NCBI GenBank assembly: GCA_965200535.1
Contig: CBDAUF010000002.1
Coordinates: 1,794,107-1,858,106, forward strand
From: Alphaproteobacteria bacterium
Lineage (GTDB): Bacteria > Pseudomonadota > Alphaproteobacteria > MPNO01
Direction of reading: 5' to 3'
Length of the DNA: 64,000 nucleotides
A program made the translations under genes and the position numbers. The stretch's first letter is position 1; each line of letters opens with the position of its first letter. The notes below the pieces were generated by a model. It ran no database searches. It saw nothing but the letters and a program-made list of their open reading frames with translations, and was not told the DNA's origin. Positions 19,083 through 30,721 of this stretch are shown piece by piece.

Positions 19083-20402
19083 TTGAAAAGGTACGCAGCT
19101 CCTGTAATCGTCGGCGTCGCGCTCGTCGCGGCGGCCATCCTCCTGATGCTGCTCGACGATCGCAGGACCGGGGATGTGCAGTCCGCCCGGATCGGCGCCA
19201 CGGCAACGCTTCCGGATACCGCCGCGCAAGAGCAGCCGGCCGAGACCGCCGGGGCGGCCGCAACGTCCGACTCCGCATCTGACGCCGCGCCTGCTCCCCC
19301 CGCGGCTCCCGCTCCCTCGACCGCTCCAGCTCCCGCTTCCCCGACCGTTTCCGCTTTGCCGGCCGCCCCCGCTGCGCCGGCAACGTCCGCTTCCCCGGAC
19401 CCTGCCGCTGCGCCGGACGCCCCGGCGCAGACCGGCGAAGACGAGACCGCAACGGCGCCCAGTTTCGAAATCGTCCGCGTCAGCCCCGAGGGCGATGCGG
19501 TCATCGCCGGACGCGCGGAGCCCGGCGCCGAAACGGTCATTCTCGACAAGGGGAAAGAGATCGGGCGCACCCGGGCCGACGGACGCGGCGACTGGGTGAT
19601 GGTTCCGGACAAGCCGCTGCCGCCCGGCGATCACGAGCTCACGGCCGAAACCCCTGCACCGGAGGGCGCGGCGCACGGGCCGGCGCAGTCGGAGCGAAAG
19701 CTCGTCATCGTCGTTCCCGAAACCGGAAAGGACATCGCCGGCCGGTCGACCGGGGGCGGGTCGGGTGCCCTGGTCATCGCCGTGCCGCGAAGCGAGGCGG
19801 GCGGCACGACGGTGATACAAAAACCCGGATTGCCGGAAGCACCGGCGGAACCGCCGGCGGACGCATCTGCACGTCCCGCAGCCGATGGACAGCCGGGCGC
19901 TGCGCCGGAGTCCCGCGAGGCCGGATCGCCCGCCGAGTCCGCGCCCGCGCCCGTCTCCGCACCCACCCTGGATGCCGTCGATTACGACGAGGAGGGAAAG
20001 GTCGCCGTCAGCGGCCGGGCGGCCGAGGGTTCCAGCGTCCAGATCTATCTGGACGACAAACCGGTGGGCGGAGCCAAGACCGATGAGTCCGGTTCATGGC
20101 GGGTCACGCTGGGCGACAAGGTGGAGCCGAAGCAATACAGGATGCGGATCGACCAGATGGACCCCGAAGGAAAGGTCGTTGCCCGTATCGAATCGCCGTT
20201 CTTCCCGACCGGGCCGATCAGCGGCATGCCGCGCGATGCGGTGGTGTTCGTCCAGCCGGGCAACAGCCTGTGGCGCATCGCGCGCCGGACCTACGGCGGC
20301 GGGATACGTTACACGCTGATCTACGAGGCGAACCGGGATCAGATCCGGAATCCGGATCTGATCTATCCCGGCCAAGTCTTCGTGCTTCCCAAGGACCTGT
20401 AA
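19083..20402 (+). CDS. Membrane-anchored LysM peptidoglycan-binding protein with long Pro/Ala-rich disordered linker
   Basis: C-terminal LysM (VVFVQPGNSLWRIARRTYG...YEANRDQIRNPDLIYPGQVFVLP); N-terminal TM helix AAPVIVGVALVAAAILLMLL; PAPAPS-type low complexity. The ORF-track start at 18921 lies inside the tRNA, so the start is placed at the in-frame TTG near 19083 (uncertain). Confidence 0.6.
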   Translation: MKRYAAPVIVGVALVAAAILLMLLDDRRTGDVQSARIGATATLPDTAAQEQPAETAGAAATSDSASDAAPAPPAAPAPSTAPAPASPTVSALPAAPAAPATSASPDPAAAPDAPAQTGEDETATAPSFEIVRVSPEGDAVIAGRAEPGAETVILDKGKEIGRTRADGRGDWVMVPDKPLPPGDHELTAETPAPEGAAHGPAQSERKLVIVVPETGKDIAGRSTGGGSGALVIAVPRSEAGGTTVIQKPGLPEAPAEPPADASARPAADGQPGAAPESREAGSPAESAPAPVSAPTLDAVDYDEEGKVAVSGRAAEGSSVQIYLDDKPVGGAKTDESGSWRVTLGDKVEPKQYRMRIDQMDPEGKVVARIESPFFPTGPISGMPRDAVVFVQPGNSLWRIARRTYGGGIRYTLIYEANRDQIRNPDLIYPGQVFVLPKDL

Positions 20403-20451
20403 ACGGTCAACTGCACCGAACGGCCCGTACACAGGACGGTCGGGGCGGTGT

Positions 20452-21948
20452 CTACTCCGGACGGCTGCCCGAGGCGAGCGCATCCTCGATATCGAGCCCG
20501 GGCTCCCAAAGCGGAGCGGTCAGCCGGCGCTTGCCGTCGGCAGTCATGGCCACGCCCGGCTCTCCGCGCTGCTTGCGGTCCCACAGCTTGCACGTGACAG
20601 GGACGTGTTTCTGGTCGAGCGCCTCGCAGTAGTTGGTGTACTCGCAGACCACCGCTTCCTCGCCGCGGCCGAGACGGACCTTGAGGAACCAGTCGGGGTC
20701 GGCGAGGCTTTGCCGGGCGAAACCCACGATGTCGGCCTTTTCCTCGCGCAGCAGGGTTTCAGCCTGCTCGAAACCGTGGATGCCGCCGGTAACGACCACC
20801 GGTGTCGTGTGCCCGGCCGCCCTCACCGCGGCGCGAATCGCGGCCGCCGGCGGGACATTGCGGCCGAACGGACCGCGCGCGTCGGAGACGTATTGCGGCA
20901 TGCACTCGTACCCGCTGGGCCCGGTATAGGGATAAGCGGCAGCGCCGACCGCCGGCTGTTTCGCATCCTCGAACCGCCCCCCGCGGGACAATGACAGGAA
21001 ATCGAATCCGGCATCGGCGAACGCGACGCCGATGAGGGCCGCGTCGTCGACCGCGTTGCCGCCGTCCACGCAGTCCTCGGCCAAGTATCGGCAGCCGACC
21101 GCGAAATCTTCGCCCACGGTTTCGCGGACCCGGCTGAAGACCTCGAGCGGCAGGCGCGTCCGGTTCTCGAGCGCCCCGCCATAACCGTCGCTGCGGTCGT
21201 TCAGCCGGGACAGGAACTGCGACATCGTGTAGGCGTGGGCATAGTGCAGTTCGACCCCGTCGAAGCCCGCCTCCCGGGCGCGCCGCGCGGCGTCCGCGAA
21301 CAAGCCGGGGAGAACCTCCGGCAACTCGCGGATATGCGGCAGGTGCAGGTCCGTTACCCGCTCGCGATAGCCCACTTGCAGGGCCTCGAACTCACGGGGA
21401 GAAAGGATTTTCTCGAGGGCTGCGTCGTCGAGACCGGCGAGGTGAGCGCGAACCCGCTGCTCCGGCCAGTCCGCCGCGTCGATGCGGCTCCGATGGTCAT
21501 CCGTGATGCGCAGGAACTCGGCCAGGAAACGGTCTCGGCGGGGGCGTCTGCGAATCGCCAGAAAATCGATGATCTGGACAAGCAGCCGCGTCCGTCCGCC
21601 GCTCGCTCTGGCGACTGTCTCGACGAGGGTCTTGAGGCCGGGGATAAACCGGTCGTCGCCGATCCTGAGAAGCGGTCCGCTCGGTATATCGCGGATCCCC
21701 GTCGCCTCCACCACGATGGCTCCGGGGCGCCCGCGGGCGAACCGTTCGTACCAGCCCAGAACCTCGGGGGTGACGATTCCGTCCCCCGTGGCCCGCCACG
21801 GCACCATGGCCGGTACCCAGGTCCGCGAGTCGAGGTTGACCGGGCCGATCGCGACCGGCTGGAAGAGACGAGCCCGGGCCGCCTCCTCCCGGGTCGGCCA
21901 GCGCCCCGGTTCGGGCGACCATTTGATGCGCTCTGGCGGGCGCCACAT
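20452..21948 (-). CDS. Old-Yellow-Enzyme-family NADH:flavin oxidoreductase (FMN-dependent ene-reductase-like)
   Basis: 498 aa; OYE TIM-barrel motifs (HYAHAY, GFDFLSLSRGG, VVVTGGI). Confidence 0.8.
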   Translation of the reverse strand: MWRPPERIKWSPEPGRWPTREEAARARLFQPVAIGPVNLDSRTWVPAMVPWRATGDGIVTPEVLGWYERFARGRPGAIVVEATGIRDIPSGPLLRIGDDRFIPGLKTLVETVARASGGRTRLLVQIIDFLAIRRRPRRDRFLAEFLRITDDHRSRIDAADWPEQRVRAHLAGLDDAALEKILSPREFEALQVGYRERVTDLHLPHIRELPEVLPGLFADAARRAREAGFDGVELHYAHAYTMSQFLSRLNDRSDGYGGALENRTRLPLEVFSRVRETVGEDFAVGCRYLAEDCVDGGNAVDDAALIGVAFADAGFDFLSLSRGGRFEDAKQPAVGAAAYPYTGPSGYECMPQYVSDARGPFGRNVPPAAAIRAAVRAAGHTTPVVVTGGIHGFEQAETLLREEKADIVGFARQSLADPDWFLKVRLGRGEEAVVCEYTNYCEALDQKHVPVTCKLWDRKQRGEPGVAMTADGKRRLTAPLWEPGLDIEDALASGSRPE

Positions 21949-22015
21949 GTCAAGTTCCCCCGGTCCTACGCCGTTTCCCGACGACGACGCACCGGCCCCG
22001 TCCGCAACGGCGGCG

Positions 22016-23323
22016 CTATTGAACCATATTCGGGAGCGTCGTGACGATGCCCGGGAAAACCGACATCAGCACCATTCCCACCAACGTCAGCGCCACGAAC
22101 AGCCACGATGCATTGAAGATCTCGCCCATCGGTACATCCTGGGCCGCGCCCTTCACGGCGAACATGATGTAGCCGAAGGGCGGCGTGATCGCGCCCAGGG
22201 TGATGTTGAGAAGGAACAGGAGCCAGAACCAGACCGGGTCGAATTCGAGCGCCTTGATGATCGGAAGATAGATCGGGATGACGACCAGCATGAGCCCGAG
22301 CTGGTCGATGAACATGCACAGAATGAACGGCAGCAGCATCATGAGGAAGAACATCAGCCATGCCGGAACATTCATGCCGGTCACGACCTCGGTCAGCGCC
22401 CGGGTCGCACCGGTAAAGGCCAGAAGCTGGGTGAACATCACCGCACTGGCGAGAATGAGGAGAATGACCGCCGCCAGGAGAGCGGCCTCTCCGGTCGCCT
22501 CGTAGAGCATCCGCCACGTGAGCTTGCGGTAGTACGCGGCAGTCAGAATGGCGCCGAGCACGCCGGTCGCCGCCGACTCCGACGGCGTGGCCACGCCCAG
22601 CATGATCAGCCCCATCACCATGAAGATGATGATCGAGAACGGAAGCAGCCCGGCGATCGCCTTGATCTTGCCGCCGATGCTGATCCTTTCGACTTCCTCC
22701 TCGGCCGGCGCGAGTCGGGGGTTGAGGCGGACCCTCACGAGGCAGGCGGTGACGTAGAGGCCGGCGAGCAAGAGACCCGGAACGACACCCGCGATCAGCA
22801 GCGCCGCGATGGAAACGTCGGCAAGCGTACCGACGATGATGGCGAGGATACTGGGTGGAATGATCGGCGCCAGGCAGGCCCCTGCGAGGATCGTCCCGAT
22901 TGAGAGCTTGGTATCGTAGCTGCGCGCCCGCATCATCGGCAGGAGGGAGCGGCCCAGCATGGCCGCCACAGCGATTCCCGATCCGGAGAGCGCGCCGAGA
23001 ACCGTCGACAACGAGATCGAGAGCACATAGGCGCGGCCGCGGATCCTGCCGACCAGCTTGTCGATCGAATTGAGCAGCACTTCCATGCTTCCCGAGCGGA
23101 ACAGGATTTCGCCGAGCAGGACAAACAGCGGCACCGTTCCGAGCGATGCGGTGGTGCTGGTGTCGAAGATGGAATTCACCACCATGCCGAATGCCGCATC
23201 GCCGAAGCTGAGCACGACCCCGGAAATGATGATGATCAGAAAGGCCAGAAAGATCGGCGCACCGGTCAGGAACAGGGCGACCAGGATCACCAGCCCGATC
23301 GAGAGGATTGCCCACCATTCCAT
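22016..23323 (-). CDS. dctM: TRAP transporter large permease
   Basis: 435-aa polytopic DctM-family protein. Confidence 0.9.
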   Translation of the reverse strand: MEWWAILSIGLVILVALFLTGAPIFLAFLIIIISGVVLSFGDAAFGMVVNSIFDTSTTASLGTVPLFVLLGEILFRSGSMEVLLNSIDKLVGRIRGRAYVLSISLSTVLGALSGSGIAVAAMLGRSLLPMMRARSYDTKLSIGTILAGACLAPIIPPSILAIIVGTLADVSIAALLIAGVVPGLLLAGLYVTACLVRVRLNPRLAPAEEEVERISIGGKIKAIAGLLPFSIIIFMVMGLIMLGVATPSESAATGVLGAILTAAYYRKLTWRMLYEATGEAALLAAVILLILASAVMFTQLLAFTGATRALTEVVTGMNVPAWLMFFLMMLLPFILCMFIDQLGLMLVVIPIYLPIIKALEFDPVWFWLLFLLNITLGAITPPFGYIMFAVKGAAQDVPMGEIFNASWLFVALTLVGMVLMSVFPGIVTTLPNMVQ

Positions 23324-23332
23324 GACGCCCGC

Positions 23333-23857
23333 TCAGCCTTCCGCCGGCTTCGGTGTGATCCACGTCTTCGGCTTGACCGTCTCGGACTTGATCAGCCCGC
23401 GCAGAAAATAGAGGCCGGCGCCAACAAAACCGTAGGTGATGAACACCGACATCCACCATTGCGGAACCGGGTAGTTCTGCGTTGTGACGATCTGGTCGAC
23501 GATCTGGCGGATGTTTTCCTCCAGGCTCATCCAACCCGCAAACAGGCACATCACGGTCCCGAAAACGCCGGTGAAGACGGCAAGCGCCGGGGCAATTTTC
23601 GGCATAATCTCCGACAGCAGGGTGATGGCTATGTGTTGCCCGCGCCGGGTCGCGTGCGGAACCATCGAAAAGACGGTCACGCAGAGCAGGTTGGAAAACG
23701 TGTCGTTGGCCCAGTCGGTCGCAACGCCGAGGAAGTAGCGGGTCAGGACTTCCCAGCAGTAGATGGCCGCCATCGATCCGAGCCCGAGCGTTCCGATGAC
23801 ATAGCCGGCATCGGAAAGCGCGTCGTGAACGCGGCAGAGGGCCACTACAGGACGCAT
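23333..23857 (-). CDS. dctQ: TRAP transporter small permease
   Basis: 174-aa 4-TM protein upstream of dctM. Confidence 0.8.
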   Translation of the reverse strand: MRPVVALCRVHDALSDAGYVIGTLGLGSMAAIYCWEVLTRYFLGVATDWANDTFSNLLCVTVFSMVPHATRRGQHIAITLLSEIMPKIAPALAVFTGVFGTVMCLFAGWMSLEENIRQIVDQIVTTQNYPVPQWWMSVFITYGFVGAGLYFLRGLIKSETVKPKTWITPKPAEG

Positions 23858-24065
23858 GGAACGCTATCGGGCGATGGTGCCGCGGGCCGGGGAAGGCGGG
23901 GTCGAGGCAGTGCGTCCACAGATCCGCAACCGAACGAATTCCACGCTCATCGAACACACTCCCAACCGCAGCCCGGCGCCGCCTTTCCGCCGGTCGCCGT
24001 CCGTCTCCCGCGCGGGATGGTATGGGGCCGGCGATAGGCGGTCAACCGCGGCCGGGCGGCTGCCC

Positions 24066-24093
24066 GGGGGTGCGCGGCTTCCGGCGCACCCCC
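24066..24093 (-). terminator. 10-bp GC stem-loop (GGGGGTGCGC-N8-GCGCACCCCC) 10 nt downstream of the rpoD stop; no U-tract
   Basis: Seen in sequence. Confidence 0.4.
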
Positions 24094-24103
24094 TCCCCCG
24101 GGC

Positions 24104-26035
<1,932 letters not shown>

Positions 26036-26108
26036 CGCCGCCCCTGTCGATGTCTGTCTCTGTTGCTGCCGCACAAGCGGCCTTTCGTTGGTCGGGGACA
26101 CGGCCCCG

Positions 26109-27932
26109 CTACACAAATCCCGCTTCCGAACCGGAATCCTCCGCCGGTATCGCGTCATCGCCGGCGAGCAATTCCAGTTGGGTCTCCCTCAGCCTGATCA
26201 ACCGATTGTCGTTTTCTTCGCTCGGATCATTTGCCGCCGCCAACTCCGCTGCCGCCAACTCCGCCGTCAGGTTGCGGCGCGCAAACCCGCTGAGCGCGTG
26301 GGAAACCCCAAGCCGCGCGGTTCCGATCCCGGCGCCCGGGCCTGCAAAAGACCATTGCGCATAGGTATCGGCGCAGAGCAGCAGCCTCGCCACCTCCGCT
26401 TCCGTTCCATTCAAGTGGTTCCTGACTCCATCTTCGTCAAGCCCCGCCGCCTCGCCGGCGAGCGTCAGGAGCCCCTGCCGCAGATCGTCGAGTTGACGGT
26501 CCTCCATATCGAGCGCAGCCAGATCCTCAAAAAATTCTTCGATCAGCGGCGGGTGGCGCAGAAGCGTGGCCACAATACGGCAAGCCGCGCGGCGGGGCAG
26601 CATCTCCGGCGATATTCCGCTCGGAATACGGATACCCTCGGCGTCCTCCGGCCGGCGCCGATCCCGGCGAAATCCGAACTGGCGGTTGAGCCGCTGCCTG
26701 AAATGGCTCCGGTACTGCCACTGCACCTCGCGATTCTCGATCCTGTCGGCGGCGCGCCTGAGCGCCTGTTCGAGCCCGGCGATACGCTCCGGCGTATCGA
26801 ACGACCGACCCTCGGTGCACATTTCCCAAACGAGATCGGACAGGCCGCGGCTGTCCTCCAGACAAGCCCTGACCGCCCCGGCCCCGCCTTCGGCCAGCAT
26901 GCTGTCGGGATCTTGCCCCGGCGGCAGGGCGGCAAACTGGAGCGACTGTCCGGGTTGGAGCAGCGGCAGCGCCCGCTCGGCCGCCCGGTAGGCGGCGCGC
27001 CTGCCGGCGGAGTCCGCGTCGAAACAGAGGATAGGCTCCGGCGCCATGCGCCAGAGCGCGTGCAGATGGTAGTCCGTGAGAGCGGTGCCCAGAGGCGCCA
27101 CCGCTTCGGCGCAGCCCGCCCGGTGGAGTGCGATCACGTCGGTGTAACCCTCGGCAACGATCACCCGGCCGTTCCGGCGGGCGGCCTCGCGCGCCGTCGC
27201 CATGCCGTAGAGCACCCGTCCCTTGCTGAACAGCGGCGTCTCGGGCGAGTTGATATATTTTGGCTTGCCGTCGCCCAGAATTCGTCCGCCGAAGGCGATC
27301 ACCCGGCCGCGGCGGTCGGTAATCGGAAAGATCACCCGGCCCCGGAACCGATCGTAGGGGGCGCCGTCTTCCGGACGAATGAGCAGTCCGGCCTCGACGA
27401 GCAGCGCTTCCGGGTGCGCGGTGTCGATGACGGCATTTCTCAGCGCAGTCCTCGAATCCGGCGCGTATCCCAGACGAAACCGGGCGGTCGTCTCCTCATC
27501 GATCCCCCGTGCCGCGAGATAGGCGCGCGCCGCCTCGCCCCGCGGGCTTCGCAGCTCCGCCTCGAAGAAACCGCATGCACGTTCCACGACATCGTACAGG
27601 GTCGCCGCCCGCTGCGCCGCTTTCCGCTCCTCGGGCGTCGCCTTGGGCACCTCCAACCCCGCCTCGCCGGCCAGCCGTTCGACGGCCTCGGGGAAAGAGA
27701 GCCCCTCCTGGCGCATCACAAAGCCGATCACGTCGCCGTGGGCGCCGCAGCCGAAACAGTGGAAAAAACCCTTCTCCTCGCTCACGGTAAACGATGGGGT
27801 TTTTTCGTTGTGAAAGGGACAGAGGCCTGTGAGTTCGCGCCCGGCGCGCTTGAGGGAGACATGGCGGGAGATCACCTCGCCGAGCCCGACACGGGCGCGG
27901 ATATCCTCGAGAAACTCGGGCGCTATCGCCAT
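26109..27932 (-). CDS. dnaG: DNA primase
   Basis: Zinc-ribbon [13 protein letters not shown]...[17 protein letters not shown] domain (EGYTDV); upstream of rpoD in the conserved arrangement. Confidence 0.95.
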   Translation of the reverse strand: MAIAPEFLEDIRARVGLGEVISRHVSLKRAGRELTGLCPFHNEKTPSFTVSEEKGFFHCFGCGAHGDVIGFVMRQEGLSFPEAVERLAGEAGLEVPKATPEERKAAQRAATLYDVVERACGFFEAELRSPRGEAARAYLAARGIDEETTARFRLGYAPDSRTALRNAVIDTAHPEALLVEAGLLIRPEDGAPYDRFRGRVIFPITDRRGRVIAFGGRILGDGKPKYINSPETPLFSKGRVLYGMATAREAARRNGRVIVAEGYTDVIALHRAGCAEAVAPLGTALTDYHLHALWRMAPEPILCFDADSAGRRAAYRAAERALPLLQPGQSLQFAALPPGQDPDSMLAEGGAGAVRACLEDSRGLSDLVWEMCTEGRSFDTPERIAGLEQALRRAADRIENREVQWQYRSHFRQRLNRQFGFRRDRRRPEDAEGIRIPSGISPEMLPRRAACRIVATLLRHPPLIEEFFEDLAALDMEDRQLDDLRQGLLTLAGEAAGLDEDGVRNHLNGTEAEVARLLLCADTYAQWSFAGPGAGIGTARLGVSHALSGFARRNLTAELAAAELAAANDPSEENDNRLIRLRETQLELLAGDDAIPAEDSGSEAGFV

Positions 27933-27984
27933 TCCCGCTTCCGTCGCTCCCTAGACATGGCGATCCCGGCGCCGCATCCCCCGA

Positions 27985-28446
27985 TCAGCGCCCGGCGAGT
28001 TCGGATTTGACCACGGCGCTCGCACGACCGAAATTCATCCGTCCCGCGTAGCGTTGCTTCAGCAGGGCCATCGTCCGCCCCATGTCCTTGATCCCTCCGG
28101 CGCCGATTTCCGCGATCAGCGCACGAACCACATCCGCCGTCTCGTCGTCGGACATCGGCTCGGGGAGGAAGGTCTTGATAATGCCGATCTCCTCGGCTTC
28201 CTGCCGCGCCAGTTCCTCGCGCCCTCCCTGTTCGTAGAGCGCGATCGCCTCCTCGCGCTGGCGAACCATCATCTGCAGAACGCCGAGAATGTCCTGATCG
28301 CCGACCGCGTCGCCTTCGCCCCTGGCGCGCGCGGCGATGTCGCGATCCTTGACCGCGGCCATGATCAGCCGGATCGTCGAGACCGTGCGGGCATCCTTGT
28401 CCTTCATCCCCTTCTTCAGACAATCGGACAGGCGCTTTCGAAGCAT
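27985..28446 (-). CDS. yqeY: GatB/YqeY-domain protein
   Basis: Start [13 protein letters not shown]...; conserved upstream partner of dnaG. Confidence 0.75.
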   Translation of the reverse strand: MLRKRLSDCLKKGMKDKDARTVSTIRLIMAAVKDRDIAARARGEGDAVGDQDILGVLQMMVRQREEAIALYEQGGREELARQEAEEIGIIKTFLPEPMSDDETADVVRALIAEIGAGGIKDMGRTMALLKQRYAGRMNFGRASAVVKSELAGR

Positions 28447-28694
28447 CTCGGCTCCCTGCACGGTCGTTTCCCGCTGCAAATCCAAACAAATCCGACCGAA
28501 TCCGTCCGCCCGAAACCGCGTCCGCGTTCGACACGCCAACGAAACAACCGCACCGGCAAGGCAGCGCATCGGGGGCTGCGCTTGAACTTGGCATTCGCCA
28601 ACCCTACATTCAAGGGCTTGGCAAGTCTCCTCGCAACGGTGTCGAGTCGGCGCAGCCTGTGCGGCGCCGGAGCATATCTCATGGTGGTCAGGAC

Positions 28695-29171
28695 ATGGAC
28701 AGGGTACCCATCACCGCGGAAGGGTATTCGCACCTCGAAGCGGAACTCAAGCGCCTGAAGTCGGTCGAGCGGCCCGAAATCATCCGCGCCATCGCCGCCG
28801 CGCGCGAACACGGCGACCTGTCGGAGAACGCCGAATATCACGCCGCGCGCGAGCGTCAGGCCCTCGTCGAGGGCCGTGTCGCCGACATCGAGGACGTGAT
28901 GCGGCGCGCCGACGTGATCGACATCGCCAAGCTCTCCGGAAAGCAGGTGAAGTTCGGCGCGACGGTCACCCTCACCGATGAGGACACCGAGGAAGAACGC
29001 ACGTTCCAGATCGTCGGCGAACCCGAATCCGATGTCGATGCCGGCCGGTTGTCCGTCACGTCGCCGCTGGCGCGTGCGGTGATCGGGCGAACAGTCGGCG
29101 ACTCGGTAGAGGTGACGACGCCCAGGGGGATCAGGTTCTACGAGGTCGTCGGAGTCGAGTTCCGCCGATAG
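28695..29171 (+). CDS. greA: Transcription elongation factor GreA
   Basis: [30 protein letters not shown]...; 158 aa. Confidence 0.9.
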   Translation: MDRVPITAEGYSHLEAELKRLKSVERPEIIRAIAAAREHGDLSENAEYHAARERQALVEGRVADIEDVMRRADVIDIAKLSGKQVKFGATVTLTDEDTEEERTFQIVGEPESDVDAGRLSVTSPLARAVIGRTVGDSVEVTTPRGIRFYEVVGVEFRR

Positions 29172-29179
29172 GACGCCCG

Positions 29180-29953
29180 TCAGAGGGCCGACTTTCCGCC
29201 ATCGACCATGAGCGTCGCCGCGGTGACGAACGAGGCTTCGGACGAGGCGAGCCACAAGATCGGATAGGCGATTTCGCGGGCGTCCGCCCAGCGCCCCATC
29301 ATCGGGACGGATTTCTGGTCCCGTTCCAGCGTCTCGCGGTCGATCCCTTGCGCCTCGTAACGCTCGAGGTGGTAGTCGGTCAGGACTCTGCCGGGGCAGA
29401 CGGCATTGGCGCGCACCCCGTGCCCGGCCTCCTCGCACGCCACCGTCCTGGTCATCGAGACGATCGCCGCCTTGGTCGCGTCGTACTGGCCCATACCGCG
29501 GCGTGCGATCACACCGTAGGCGGAGGAAACATTGACAATATTGCCGTCGGCCGCCCGGCGGAGTTGAGGCAGCGCCGCCCTGGTACAGTTGGCCGTCCCC
29601 AGGATGTTCACCGCGACGATCCGGTCCCACGAACCCGCGGGGCGTTCGGCGAGAGGGCCGTATTCGCGCACACCGGCGTTGTTGACCAGGACGTCGAGGC
29701 CGCCGAACGCCCGGACCGTTTCGTCGACCGCGCGGAACGCCTCTTCTTCCCTGGCAATGTCGGCGGCAACGGCGAGCGTGTCTCCGCCGGCGGCTCCGCC
29801 GATTCTGCGGGCCGCGCGGCTGAGCGCATCCGGGTCGAGATCGACGATCGCCACCCGAGCGCCTTCGGCGCGGAACACCGCCGCCGTCGCCGACCCGATG
29901 CCTCCGGCTCCGCCGGTGATCATTGCCGTCCGGCCGTCGAGGCGCCCCGGCAT
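29180..29953 (-). CDS. SDR-family oxidoreductase (classical YxxxK intact)
   Basis: TGGAGGIGSA, NNAG, S...YDATK motifs. Confidence 0.8.
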   Translation of the reverse strand: MPGRLDGRTAMITGGAGGIGSATAAVFRAEGARVAIVDLDPDALSRAARRIGGAAGGDTLAVAADIAREEEAFRAVDETVRAFGGLDVLVNNAGVREYGPLAERPAGSWDRIVAVNILGTANCTRAALPQLRRAADGNIVNVSSAYGVIARRGMGQYDATKAAIVSMTRTVACEEAGHGVRANAVCPGRVLTDYHLERYEAQGIDRETLERDQKSVPMMGRWADAREIAYPILWLASSEASFVTAATLMVDGGKSAL

Positions 29954-29994
29954 GCCGGCCCCGCTTGTCTTTCGACCGGTCCGGTTCGCCTCGG

Positions 29995-30696
29995 CTATTC
30001 CGCGGCGGCCGCTTGCGCCGCCGGCGCCAGCAATTCGTCGATGCACTCATCGACGGTCCGCACGTCGCCGAAGCTCTGCCAGATCGAGGTCAGCCCGACG
30101 AGATGGTCCTCGTCGTAACGCGCTGCGTTGGCGTCGGACACCATCGCGACCCGGTAGCCGATCATCATTGCGTCCCGGGCGCTGGTCTCGCAGCAGAAAT
30201 TGGTCGCGGTACCGGCGATCAGCAGGTTCTCGATCCCGCGCGCGCGCAGCCTTTCGTCGAGATCCGACGATCCCTGGATAAAGGTCGAGAAGCGCGTCTT
30301 GCGGGCGATCAGGTCGTCGTCCCCGACCTCGAGCGTCTCGTACAGACGGTGGCCCTCGCTGCCTTCGGTCAGCCCGTCCTTGTGCGCCTTCATTTTCGCC
30401 GGCGTGAAGAAGTAATCGTGGTAGATCGGCCACAGGCTCGGCCCGTCGGCTTCCTCGGCGACGGTCAGCAGGACCCACGCGACGACACCGCCGCGCTCCC
30501 GCACCACGGACGCCAGCCGGTTGATATTGGGGCAGATGCTCTTCGCGGTATCGACCTCGGCGACAAAGAAATTCTGCATGTCGATGACGACGAGCGCGGT
30601 CGCCGCCGGATCGAACCTGTCGAAGACGTGCAGCTTGCCGCGCTTCGCCATGATCCGGTCGATCACGTAATCCGGAATCCTGAGTTCGTGGGGCAT
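29995..30696 (-). CDS. Isochorismatase-family cysteine hydrolase
   Basis: ALVVIDMQNFF, catalytic Cys in GTATNFCCETSARDA; 233 aa from MPHELRIPDYV. Confidence 0.75.
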   Translation of the reverse strand: MPHELRIPDYVIDRIMAKRGKLHVFDRFDPAATALVVIDMQNFFVAEVDTAKSICPNINRLASVVRERGGVVAWVLLTVAEEADGPSLWPIYHDYFFTPAKMKAHKDGLTEGSEGHRLYETLEVGDDDLIARKTRFSTFIQGSSDLDERLRARGIENLLIAGTATNFCCETSARDAMMIGYRVAMVSDANAARYDEDHLVGLTSIWQSFGDVRTVDECIDELLAPAAQAAAAE

Positions 30697-30721
30697 CGCG
30701 TCTCTCCCTGCGGTCGGGCGG

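Noticed and set aside
18877-20402. Possible genomic island or prophage integrated at the tRNA
   Set aside because: There is no integrase, no phage/plasmid genes, no att-like repeat, and GC content is continuous with flanking core genes.
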